DNA of 64,000 nt from Xylographa opegraphella (Eukaryota): assembly GCA_022813865.1 (NCBI GenBank), contig JALDZX010000058.1, positions 62,001-126,000 on the forward strand, read 5' to 3'. Of this stretch, positions 13,877 through 26,675 are shown one piece after another. The position numbers and the translations under genes are program-made. Position 1 is the first letter of the stretch; each line of letters opens with the position of its first letter. The notes beneath the pieces were generated by a model. The model searched no databases and was not told the origin of the DNA. It saw only the letters and a program-made list of their open reading frames with translations.

Positions 13877-16046
13877 ATGACACAAGATGAGATTAGGGAG
13901 CCAGAAGTGTCAGGTGTCAGTAAAGTACTGAAAAGTGGTATGAGCAAGGATTTCAGCATCGTGAGAAACGGCACAGCGGGTGCAATGGCTACCATTCCAG
14001 ACGATGACGAGCGTCTCCTTGCCGAGATCGGATACAGACAAGTATATGACTCAAGAATGCCTCCATATTACACAAAGCTCAAGTCATTGCAGGAGTTTCG
14101 GCGGGAATTTAACAGATTATCCAGCATTTCATTTGCTATTTCCATACTCGGCGTGCTTGGAAGTGTTCCTGCAACTATCGGAAGTCCTTTGATGGCTGGA
14201 GGTCCTGCAACAGCTGTTTGGTGCTGGTTCTTTGGGTCATGTATGGCAATGTGCATTGCTAGCTCAGGTACGGAAATTATTCCCCTACTGCCTAGAAACT
14301 GCTTACGCGGGAAGTGGCCGAGCTGGTATCTGCATATCCGACAGCTGGTGGAATGTACTTTGTCACCAAAAATGTTGTCCCACAGGAGCATGTCGCGATA
14401 TGGTCCTGGGTGAGACAACCTACGTCCATGTCTGGTGACTGAACGCTCATGGAGGTAGTGCATCGGCTGGTGCAACTTACTTGGACAGACTGCAGGAGTC
14501 TCGAGTGTGGCATTTACTGTTTCTCAGATGATACTGGCGGCCGCAAGCATGAACTCAACCTTGGACGATGGGTCCTACGCATATTCTCCGTATATTATGC
14601 CTAAAAATTTTGCTTGGATATTTAACTAATAGATCGCAGGACTGCTCTTCAGACCGTTCTACTTACAATACTTTTGCTTTGCATTATGGGAGCCATATGT
14701 TCACTCACAACCCGAAGCCTACACAAGATCATCATATGGTTTGCCCCGCTGAACAGTAGGGTTTCCGTATACAATAGTATATCCAGCAGCTCATACTACT
14801 TTAGTCATGGCATCAGTGGGCATATGTATTGCTCTACTTGTGCTTACGCCTCAGAAGCAGAGTGCAACATGGGTGTTCACCAACGTTACCGATGGTTCCG
14901 GATGGGGTAGTAAGGGCTTCTCGTTTCTGCTTGGGTTAGTGATTTGACTGAATGTTGTGCGAATCTTGGCTGACAAATCGATATATTTCTCTCCGTTGCG
15001 TGGACGATGACCGATTATGATGGCGCCACACAGTAAGTTTCATGATGTACGATTGAGCTTGTTGCAGCACTAACTGATCGCAGTATGTCTGAAGAAACTC
15101 ACAATCCTGCTATTCTAGGCCCGATAGCCATCAGAACGGCTGTGTTGGTTTCTGGTATCGTGGGTTGGATGCTGACCATTACAATTTGCTTCTGTATGAA
15201 TGACATTGCTGCAATCCTGGGATCCCCAACAGGTCTGCCTGCTGCGCAAATATTTCTTAATGCAGGAGGGCGAACAGGAGGAACTATCATGTGGTTCTGG
15301 GTCATTCTGATCCAGTTCTTCACAGGGTGTGCAGCCATGCTGGCAGACACCCGAATGGCATATGCTTTCGCGCGTGACGATGCCTTACCATTTTCCGAGT
15401 TCGTATCCTACCATCACCCCCTTCAGTCGCCACGCTAATAGACATAGGTTTTGGTCTAAGGTAAACGTTTATACTCGCACACCGGTCAATGCCGTCTGGC
15501 TCGTTGTCTTCTTCAGTAGCTGCCTCAATCTCATCGGCATCGGCTCTACCCAGACCGTCGTGGCCATCTTCAATATTACAGCCCCAGCTCTAGATCTATC
15601 TTACATAGCGGTCATTATCGCACACCTTGTATACGAGCATAGAGTGAAGTTTGTGGAAGGACCGTATACTTTGGGTGCTTTGGGAAAGCCCATCAATGTC
15701 GTTGCGATCTGCTGGGTTAGCTTCATCAGTGTCGTCCTTCTCTTTCCCACGACGCGACCAGTCACCGCAGCCAATATGTGAGTAGGTTTTTCAGCCTGCT
15801 CTAGGCACTGGATTTCTGACCGAAACAGGAATTATGCGGTCGCCGTCGCGGCATTTATTGTTTTGTTCGCACTATCATGGTGGTGGGCAGGGGCAAGGAG
15901 GTACGCAACTTCCTCTCCGGCCTATATTGATAGTTGAGCCGACACATCATTGCAGGAAGTATACCGGACCTTGCACGAAGGATATCTTACAGGTTATCAG
16001 TACCGAAAGCAGCAAGGACGGAAGCCACAGTCCACAATCCTGCTGA
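13877..16046 (+). CDS. APC-superfamily amino acid/GABA/polyamine permease (one splice acceptor defective as written)
   Basis: LAEIGYRQE, SFAISILG, VAELVSAYPTAGGMY, GWCNLLGQ, WTMTDYD..HMSEET, RMAYAFARDDALPFS, TPVNAVW; about 9 introns; intron 14935-14984 ends ATAT, not AG. Confidence 0.85.
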
Positions 16047-17207
16047 CCCCACATAAATTATGCACCATATGAATGAATTGCTCTAAGCTTCTTTAGATCA
16101 AATATCAGCACGCGAATATCCGGTGCACCAAAGCTGTGACGAGTAAGAGGCCAGCGTGTGGGCTAGGCAGATATATGTATTACGTGGAAAAGCGATGGTT
16201 TTGCTCGGGCAACGGTGCAAGCGAACACTTGTTTCGTGTCACAGCCATTTTGACCTCGATTTGACAGGGTGAGCTTAGATTCATGACGGTCAGCCATCGC
16301 ATGCAGTATATCTTACTCGATCGACCGTGTCGATGTATAACACAATGATGAAATCAGATTTTCCGACTGTGGGGAGTACCTAGAATGGAGTCGAAGATCA
16401 CAATTTCTGATACATGATTCCTGTGTCCAATCATGGTATTTTGTAGATAGGCGGTCAGCAGTCAAGAATGTTTGGCTAAAATTGCATGTGTTGCCGCCTG
16501 TCTTTGGATGGAATAGGTCTGTCCCTTGAACAATATATCCGGATCAATACGGCCCAGCTCCCCTGGTATTCCTTATACAATCGTCGTGAAGAGCAAGGTG
16601 CGTATCGAGACATCGGGATCATCCCTCATTGTAGATCAGCCCAGGCATGCTTTCATATCTACCAAGTCTCCATGTCTTTTGTCACTGGCTGGGCGGGTAG
16701 GGCCGGGGATGGGGGGGCCGCGGATGTGTATATGGCGCGAGGGAAGGGGAAAGGTGAGCGGGGGGGTCGTACAGCTGAACCATTACGTTTAACGGGGATG
16801 GATGGAGTACACAGGATTTTCGCTAACGGAGGCAATCGCAGCGCTTCGGAGGGAGGATCATAGATGTAGATAGATAGATATCAAGCTCGTGAGGTATTCC
16901 ACGAAAACAGAGACGCGGTCTAGCATAGCGACTATCTCGCCGTGTAATAAAATACCCCTTTGGCGGATCGGCACCCAATCCTCGTGACGATGTATCCGCG
17001 AACGCGTGAAGTATGTTCCAATAGACCCTATACATACCTGATTCCCACACAGAGTACACATACACACATACACGCATACGCAACCCATTCCATCCATCCA
17101 GCCCAAGGCCCCGCAGAACCCCTCGACTCCCCCGTTCTCTAAGAATCTTCCTCCGTAACTCATACCATTATATATACCACTCCCCCACCACCGTCCCACA
17201 CCACCAA

Positions 17208-19324
17208 TCAATCCCCCCACCCCATCCCACCCTCCGCCTTCGCCTCACTCTTATCTTCATACCTCCCCCTCAACGCATCCACCTCCTGCTGCAAGCGCGA
17301 CAAGTCCGCCAGAACATCCGCACTCCCCCCCGCTGCCGCCTTCGAGATCACATCCGCACTGCTCTGCAACGCCGTCCCATCCTTCGAACCCGCCACCGGC
17401 ACCGCAGCCGCAACCGCAGCGGGCGCATGCTCATCCGCTCTGGGGACAGCGTCTGCACCTTTGGGCCTCGCCCCCTCGGCGACGGGAGCAATCTCGCTGC
17501 TAGGCCGTCGCAGGCTGTAGCCGCTGGCGGACGAGCCGCGGCGGCGAGGGGGCGGTGGTGGCGGGGCCATGGCTGCGGAGGAGGAGGAAGGGGAGGGGCG
17601 GTCTGCGGCGAGGGGGCGTTTGGAGATGGAGGGTGTGCGGGCGGGGGGGACTGGGGGACGGGGTTTCTCGGTTGTGGGGCTCGGTTTGAGGGGTGTGGAG
17701 GGCAGTTCGGGAAGGTTGGGCGGGTCGAGGGTGAGGGAGTTGCGGTCGGTGTTGCGGCGGCGGGGCGGTGGAGGGGCTGGGGGCTTGGTGGGTGGGGTGG
17801 CCTGCGAGGTGGGGAGGGGGGAGAGGTTTTCTTCTAGGATGGGGGCGGAGCGGCCGGTGGGAGCACCTGGTTGCTTCGAGCGGAGCTGGCTGTGGCGGCG
17901 GGCGAGAGGTGGGGTGGGGGCAACGCGAGCTCGGGAAGCGGACTCGCGGGTACTGGGTGCGTGGGTTTTCTTGTCTTTGAGAGAGAGGCCCAGAAGGCTG
18001 GCGCCGGTTTCGGAAATGATAGATGCGGGAGGGGCTGGGAGCGGTTTGTTCAAGTCGGTAGACTTGGATGTCTTGGGAGATATCGAGGCCGGCTGCTGAG
18101 TGGAAGTTGCCGGCATCTCTGCCGGGAGTTCAACGGGCGATTTTAGTATTGCAGGATTCCTGGCGTATGGGCTCGATTGTGTTTTACTTGCAGAGATGTT
18201 ATATTGCCTGGGCGAGTTCGGGGTGTCTGGCATGGAGGAGAACTTCCCAGTTGACCTTTGCAGAGAAATCTGCAGCTCTTCAGCTTCCGGCGAGCTTTCG
18301 TGAGATGTTCGCGGTGTCTCAAAGTGAGATCCGGTCTGAGATTCCAAGATAGACTGTCTCGATAAAGATGAAGTATCGGTATTACTACTGCTGTCACCGA
18401 GAATGCCCTGCAATGGCAGGATAGAAGGAGTGCTGGCCGAGGAGTCAGCATCGCCGGTCATTAGAAGTCTTGTAAATACATCCACGCCTAGTGGTGCCCT
18501 CATGCTGAGCGTGGAGGAGTTTCGAGATGGCCCCGGGCGCCCTTCTCCATCCTCATCAAATGAATTCGAATCTCGCCGAGGCATATTCTTCTGGAAAGGG
18601 TTTGATGGAATCCCTAGGGTTCTTTGTGCTTTCGGCGGCACCGATTGAGTTGTCGGTGGCGATGCTGTTTGCTGCCTGAAATTATCTTCGTCATGGCTGT
18701 CCCTTCGCGAAATACCAAGTGTTTTTTGCGCCTTGGCAGGTACTGTTCGTACGTGCTCATGTAAAGTTCTGTCACCCGCCGTGTTCCTATTGGGTAGGTT
18801 TCCGATAAGTGTCGAAGTCCTCCATGGGTTATCGGAATCGACCCCCAGTGTCACTCGTGCTTTGTTAGGTACTGATCTAACTGTCTTTCGTACAGGCGAA
18901 GGCAATTCTTCGTCTTCCTCGTTCATATCCTCAGTATCTGAAGCTGCCTGGAATGGATCCTCCAGGGGTGTATCCTCGAAAGGAGCAGTGCTTCTTCGCC
19001 CTGACCGTGGAGATTCATTTCTGCTTTCCCAGGAGGTCGGCGAGGAAGGAAATTCTCTTTGGCTACCGTCGTCACTTTCCGAACCAAGCTTGGAGGAATG
19101 TGGTGAAACGATGCGGACGTGCTTTGTGATCGGTTTGATGTTGATTTGGACGCCTTCTGTTATCTGGTCAGGAAAGGTGAATGAACTGCAGCAGAGTGAT
19201 AGGCACCAGTATCTAAAGCGGGAAAGCGAACCCCCGTCTTCGCTATCTCATCCTCCCCAGGGCCAAAGGTATCCTGACCATGTGGATTCTGCTGCTTACG
19301 GCGGAAAGGGTTGGAGCCAGACAT
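17208..19324 (-). CDS. Hypothetical Pro/Ser-rich protein with short C-terminal coiled coil
   Basis: MSGSNPFRRK start, one intron after RFPALDT, long ORF with PPPPPPRRR motifs, ends DVLADLSRLQQEVDALR. Confidence 0.75.
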
Positions 19325-20255
19325 TAGAGGTGGAACATGGTACACTCGTCATGAGGGCTGTGGTGTATATGGTGTATGTGCTGTATGAGAGGAGCCTGCT
19401 TACGCCGCGATGCTATCCCTGGCGGTGGTGGTCGGAGACGCGATCCTCCTCCCGCCGCTTCGCATCATGCATACGCATAAAGGTTGCACAATTCCGGCAC
19501 TTCGCGGCTTAAGGCTGCATATCTGTCATTATTTTTACCGGAACTCTAATGTAGATATCTCTACGTTGGAATACAGAGCCAAAGGGGGCATATAGTAATG
19601 TTATCGGAGGACTCTTGTGGTGTTCATTTACTCATGGGTTCATGCATCTATCTGAAGAAGAGCATGGCATTCTACTATTAAGCGAGTACTCGATAATTCA
19701 GTCTTCCGTCGAGTGAATTAGCATGGATCAAAAGACCAGCCACAGTGAAAATTTTAGGGGTAAAAAATATATCAAGGCCAGAAAACTCTTGATAGCCGAG
19801 AAACGCTGTACCGTAAAACGAGGCAAGGTAGAAAATTCTGGAAGGCTGTTTGACGGTGGTGATGACGCACAGCTGATTTCGCTGCTGGATATGTTCATCA
19901 TCTCTAAACCACCATCAGCCCCTGATGATTCTTCGCCGAGTCCCCAAGCAGTTGGACATTTTTGGATCGGTCCAAGATTGGATTGACTTCCAGTCTCGGT
20001 GCTCAGTAGGGAGCATTCAGGAAAAGGTTGGAATTTGACGGCCTGAAGAAAGGACTTGCATTGCTCAACAACATCGCCATCCAAGACTTTGCGATTCGCA
20101 CTTGAATGACACGCATAGATATGCTCTCCTCCAACAGCTAAGCCTGGCTAGATGCCGAAATGCTAGGGCAACCAGCTGCTCGTATCCACGAAAGGATCAA
20201 CTTTCGGCCGTTGTAAATAGAGATTTACGCCTCACATCCCACATCCAACTATCGA

Positions 20256-21031
20256 TCATTCACCCGATGGCCTCCGTCTCATCTTCTTCTCTTTCTTTGT
20301 CCCAACAGCACCTGGGTCGGCAAATAAAGACTGTAGAAGATCGTCCTTAAACCCTTCGTTGTGCATAACACACTCTTGGACGTCCTTGCGTGCGAGCATG
20401 ACCACCCTGTCATCCCACACGATAGCCTTCACCAAATTACGGAGGCCGCGATCACTGCCGACCGTCGTCTCGTATACATGGCTAGCCGCCTCTGGGAAAA
20501 GCGGGTCGATGCGATACAGTGCCAAGAGCGGTCCAAAAGCTTTAAGGACCTTCTGCTTCAGGTCTGGGAGATCATACTTGTCGGCGATGCCATACATCTT
20601 CGCGTCGAGAACCATGTCCTTAGCCTTGCGCAGATTCAAGGCCGTCTGTGGATACTGCATCGTGTAGAGATAAACTAGCATTTGTTCGATAAGAGCAGGA
20701 TCTTCGTCTACAAAGTTTAAGCTGGCTTCCCTGGCTTCCTTTGTTACGAATTAGTGCGAATTTTGCGGAAGGTGTCGATGGTACCTTGAAGTCGCCATCG
20801 CAGACTCTCTTGAAGTACTTAGAACGTGAGCAGACGATAGCGCGATGGATATGCCACGTCTTGGTGCCGCACTCGACTGTGAAGTCGGAGTAATCACTAT
20901 TGTTTAGTAGTCTTGAAGTAGACGTCAGTAGTACCGCTGGATATCGTGGTCGTAACCGCTCACTTGTGAAGGCCATCACGGGATGATTCTTTATCTTCTG
21001 TCTGCGCAGTAATGGCTTCGGCGGTCTTCAT
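20256..21031 (-). CDS. BTB/POZ domain protein
   Basis: YSDFTVECG..HIHRAIVCSRSKYF..GDFKEA..DEDPALIEQMLVYLYT..YGIADKYDLPDLK..DRGLR; 2 introns. Confidence 0.85.
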
Positions 21032-21649
21032 TTTGGGGTCCGGGTCTTTGACTAATAGCTCTGTCAAGTGAATTGAGTAGACCATGCAGGAAGTACTTGT
21101 ATATAAAATCTGAAGTCGTAGATTTCCTTCTATGCCAGTATGTGGCTGATGTTTGTATTTCAGACAGGAAAGACTTGCTGATGATACCTCCCCAAAGTCC
21201 AAGTAGCCAGAGTCCGTTGAGATTCCAACCAGTCGTCGTACTTAGCGACACACTAGATACTCAACGAATGCGCGATGTTATAGGCCCCACAGAACCCGCT
21301 ACGCTACTAACATACGGTCTGAATGAGATGAGAAAATGCAATGAAGTATCTTGTGAATGAATAACTGCCATGATGCAAGAGAGAATGAACTGATCGGTTT
21401 AAAGTAGTATGAAGGCGAAGGAGAGAGTAAGGTCTGGTCACTTCACTTCAGTCCAAGTAAGCGAACATATCTGACCTCTGTCACCTCACAGTATCATCTT
21501 TCAATATGAATTCAACCATAGTCAAGTGTCATATCTTCAAGGATTTTTCGCCTGCAAATTGCAAAACCTCAAAATGGTATAGAGCGCCAGTAAATGCCAT
21601 GCACGCCTCCGATGCAATTCCGTAGCTTCTGGTGACATTAACGTAGAGC

Positions 21650-24600
21650 TCATCTTCTTTTCGCCGGTTGAGTCCCCATCAACTCATTGAAGGAGTCTTC
21701 AAAAACGGTCTCCTTCTTACCCAAGTCTCCTTCCTTGAGATTGAGCTTCCGTACTACCTTGAAAGCCCCGGTACCAACACTCATTGACTGTCCCATAATG
21801 ATGCACTCAGAGACGCCTTCTATCTTATCGCTCTTCATACGCCAAGCAGCCTCAAACAAATGGTCTGGAGTCTTCTCGAAACTTGCAAGCTGCAGCACAC
21901 TGTCTCTCATCTTACTTAGACCAAAACGCGTGATCCCTAGAACCTCTCCCTTGAAGGTCATTACATCTGCTAGTAGTTGCATATGCCTAGGATCGATGTC
22001 CATGTCACCCATAACCGCTTGAATTTCGTCGATGATTGTCTTTCGAGCAGCTTCGATACCAAGCACTTCTCGCATCTCCATCACAGAATTTGTTCTTGTG
22101 GCCAGTCCATTAACACCTTCTGTCGTCATGCATGCCCGTAAACCGTAACCCTCGACCAAGAGAGTGTTCCTACCTTGATCATCAGTGGAGATGACAGCCC
22201 GAGAAGCTTCTGCATAGCCCCGAATTGTGATGTTTGGGAGAGCACGCTGAATTGACTCGACTCGTTGACACAGTTCTACATTGTCTTTAGCCTTAGCCTT
22301 TGTAACTTTGGCAGCACCTGTCAGCTGGACGTGTATGCGAATATAGTCCTTGTATGCTTTGATGTCCTTTGGGAGAATTTTGAGTTTCTTGTGTTTTGTT
22401 ATGGCCATGATGACGTCGTAGATAGTGATGTCTAGTTGAAGCCTACCAATCGTTTCAAAGTCAACTTTGAGCAGGAGATGACCACCATCGAGAGCCCACA
22501 TGAGTTCGACATAGTGGATGATATCTTTCAAGAATGTTTTTTCGATTCGTCCTTTGACGACGCGTGCAGCAATTATGTCCGTCTTGCTAGTCAGCTCACA
22601 GCTGATTACAGGTGTACTTATGACCTTCGATGCATTGATGATTTCTTTGATTCGAGGCACACCTTGAGTGATACTCATCCCAGCAACACCAGCAAAATGG
22701 AATGTCTTCAGGGTCATTTGCGTGCCAGGCTCTCCAATAGATTGCGCTCCTACAGCACCAACGGCATGTCCAGGCTCCACTTGAGCTCGTTTGTATTTGA
22801 CTAGGCAAGCTTTGACGAATGCTACCAGTGCTGCTTCAGATAATTTTGCAGTCCGTTCCACTGAATCTCTAGCTACTTTTCCTGAGATCCATTAGCACAA
22901 GAATAATGAGATTGGTGCAAATCATACCTTCAAGATCAGAGCCTTCTTGCTTCCAGCTTTCTAATTCACTCTTAGATGTCCCTGAAGGCATACCCAACTT
23001 CTCTCGAGCACGAGCTTGCATAAGAGCTTTGGTCTGTAGGAAATCTTCAATTGAATCTAGGAAATCCCTTGCGCTTTCCATCTGATCTATTCCGAACACA
23101 CTTCGGTCCGAATAATCGAGAACTTTTCCTCCCGGTGAATAACGAATTAATTTAGCACGTTCTTTACGGAGAAGCTCTTCACAAGTGGCACTAATTTCCC
23201 AGGGAAGAAGAGTCCTATCACGGTTACTCCAAGTCGTGGTCTAGGCATAGTCAGCATCAATTGAATTTTACTGGCTAGGTCTGTTACCTCGGCGTGGGTA
23301 AAGGTTCTTTCGAAATGTACTGGTTTTGCTTTGCCTTCCATATCCACAGGATCAAGTTTGTCGTCGCCATATTGGAATTGGATAACATTGGAGGACGAGT
23401 TTCTGACTGTATCGTCATATTGTGATGACAAGTCTTCTAACGACTTCATCAGGCGCCGGGACATGTACCCAGTTTCTGCTGTTTTCACAGCGGTATCAAC
23501 TAGACCTTCTCGACCGGAGATAGCATGGAATAAGAATTCAGTTGGTGTTAGGCCCGAGAAGAAACTGTTTCTGACAAAGCCTTTTGATGGAGGCTGACGA
23601 GCATGCTTTGGAAAGTGAGGCAAACTCCGATCTTGAAATCCATCCGGGACACGCTTGCCACCGATAATCTGCTGGCCAACGACAGCTACCATCTGAGAGA
23701 CATTGATGCTTGATCCCTTTGAGCCGGATGTGGCCATTATTAAGGGTGAGTTCCACCTACTAAGCTCTGAAATACAGTAGTCTCCAGCTTGTTGTCTGAC
23801 CTTGCTAAGGATACCAGATATCAGGTTCTCCATGGTCTGCTCTTCGTCGCAACCGGGTGCCTTTGCTAGTTGGGCGCTTCTGAAGTTTGCGATCACATCC
23901 TCACACTCAGCATAGGCGCGCTCCACAAGCTGTGTCTTGAGCTCCACCAACTTTCCTCCTGGATAGACGTCACTTATACCTATTGAAAAGCCTTGATTTG
24001 TCAGCCATCTCGCGGATAGCTTAGCCAATCGATTCATAGACTGTACAGCAGCATCGGGGCCGAAGTCACGAAGCGTGACATAGAATACCGAGTCTTTCTT
24101 TCCGGACCCTATGGTTGATTTGTCCATAACACCACACATAACTTCGGAATTTCTAATGCATAGCCACCCGTCATTTTTGTCCATATCTCGTGGCTGTCCA
24201 GCAACAGCCCGGTACTCCCGACAAGCAGCATCCAGATTGATAAGGACATTCGTGGCTTTGTTTGGACGCATCATGACATTAAAGACTTGTTTGCCGGTCC
24301 AAAGCATAACAGGCTTCAGTATTGTTGGTGGTGGGAGGTCAAGCTGAGCATTTCCGTCCACCATGTACATGCAGATATTTGTGAAAGTTTTGCGGTCATA
24401 GAAGTTGTCCTTACTACTCAAAAGATAAGCTCCAGTTATGAAATCCTGAATAGCGGATATGATAGGCTCCCCGTTCTTAGGCGTAACGAGATTATGCTTG
24501 ACACCCATGAGCTCCATGGCTTCCGTACGGGCCTCTTCGGTCTGAGGAACGTGGAGATTCATCTCGTCCCCATCGAAATCAGCATTGTATGGATTGCAAA

Positions 24601-26217
24601 CGCATTCGTTGAGGCGAAATGTTCGATGCGGCCGGACCTTGACATAATGACTGAGAATACTCAATTTATGCAAAGATGGCTGACGATTGAAGAGCACAAT
24701 GTCATTATCCTCGAGATGTCGTTCCACAATATCCCCTTCCCGTAAATTTTGCGCATGCAGGTTCAAATTTCCGTACTTCAAAAACTGCTTGATTCCTTGA
24801 TCCTTCTTTGTTATGTAATTCGCACCAGGCCATTTCCGAGTGCCGTTCAAAATACGAGTACGGAGTTTCTCGATGTTATATCGTGACACAGTTTCAGGAT
24901 ACGTAAGATTCTTTGCTACAAGCTCCGGGACTGCGACTTGATCAATACCAAGGTTGGGATCTGGCGATATGACAGTGCGGCCAGAGAAATCCACCCGCTT
25001 TCCAGATAAGTTGCCACGGAACCGGCCTTGCTTCCCTTTGAGCCTCTGGCAGAAGCCTCGAATAGCCTTGCTGAACCCAGGTTGCTGAAGCCCAGGCACA
25101 TCACTATTGATATACATCGCAACCTGTATCTGTAGAAAGTCCCATTGTTCCATGATTGTCGACACTGGCTGACCTTTTTTCAAACCCTCCCGAATCAAGG
25201 TGCTAATGTGGACGATATCCGAAAGCTTGGTAGTCACGTCGTCTTCAGTACTCGACGTATCTTGAGACACCGACGGTCGAATACAAACAGGGGGGGCTGG
25301 TACAAACTGCCAGATAAACATCTCTGGCCGTCCTTCAGCAGGATGCATGCCGAGCAATTCGCAGTCAGATGCAGAAATCCTTCGAAAAAGATTTAGCACT
25401 CTGAGCGGATTCATGTCGTCCATCGCTTTCTTGATGTGTTTATCCACCTCAGTATTGCATTTTTTGGCTTCATCGAATGACTTGTCAAACAAAGTCTTCG
25501 CTAATGGCGCTACCTTCTTCTGTGCATTTGATTGGTTGAAAGTCCGAAAACGATTATGGATTATCTTCAGAGGATGTTGGCCAGCCTTTTTTACTGTACC
25601 ATTTATGGCATGACATGAGATGCATTGCTTCGTCTTTTTACACTGCTCCTGAATCTTCTTACATATCTGAGTCTTTCTCAAATTGTCGATATTCGGCCGA
25701 CGTAAGTCTTTGAGGAAATTTCGACGCTCGGGTTCGGAAAGCAAAATTCGGGAACAGTCCTGTTAAATATCAGTCATGAAAGACAGGGATATTCCATACT
25801 CACATACTTTGCATATCTCTTGCAAGATCGTTATTATCATCTTGAAATAGCCAATATGAAAGACTGGCAATGCAAGTCGTACATGACCGAAGTGGCCGTT
25901 GCAAAGTTGAAGTGGTTGACCGCATGTCTCGCAAAATCCTGTCTTATTTGATATACCCATACGGCCATCAAGGGGACCATTGGCTCTAGGCGCCCTGTTC
26001 CGATCCAGGTCGTAAAGTGATCGGTCGCACACCTCGAGGACACCTTGATTAACGATGTCCTGTTTCGACCTTGCAGACCGTCAGCCTTTCAACCCCGGTT
26101 TGGATTGAATAATGAGCATTCCTACAGTATACCAAACTTCAGTTCCTTGATCCTCTTGGGCACTGTATCGACCACCTGTTCCTTCATCATCTCCCCAGCA
26201 GGTATGGTGGCCTGCAT
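21650..26217 (-). CDS. RPC1: DNA-directed RNA polymerase III largest subunit
   Basis: [24 protein letters not shown], catalytic [44 protein letters not shown]; no CTD; 4 introns. Confidence 0.97.
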
Positions 26218-26675
26218 CTTGAGGTCGTGTTATCGAAGGTCAAGTACAAAATCCTTCTTGACAGACCACAGCGATTTCATGGATGCGACGCTCTCTTCTC
26301 GTCTTGAAAGAGTGATTACTGCGCCGAGGCTGTCCTTGAGTCACCGCAAAGCACTGCGGAATCAGATACCAAAAATTCTCGGTGGGGTCCCAATTAGTCC
26401 GGAGCTCCCCCACTCCAACGCGAACCCTAACCTAAAGCATTTTACGCACTAGACTCGGCTGAGTAAGGTGCCTCATGGTACTGCGTACCTACATCACGAT
26501 ACCACTTTACAAGTCGAGTTCGTATATTGATGTGTCGCGGCAAAGATAATTGATAGCACGATATCAGTGTGAACTATGTGCATATTTAAGTGGTTTCGTA
26601 TTTTCGAATGCCGGTACACTCCTTTGCCCGGGTCGTACTATATAATTATGCTACCTGCAGTGCTATATTGATATA

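Noticed and set aside
16334..16416. Box C/D snoRNA-like pattern (ATGATGA...CTGA with atgta/tacat flanks)
   Set aside because: Stem spacing is atypical and I could not match a guide to rRNA or snRNA; needs snoscan
17427..19512. Long plus-strand ORFs overlapping the Pro-rich gene, and other antisense ORFs over real genes
   Set aside because: Shadow frames of GC-rich coding sequence
21650..26217. Intein or extra insertion in RPC1
   Set aside because: The spliced product has the expected motifs and ordinary length; ORF breaks are explained by four GT-AG introns
26420..26436. Telomerase-template-like or telomere-like AACCCTAACC
   Set aside because: A single short match in the RPC1 promoter; I found no full TAACCCTAA template or other TER features in the window by eye
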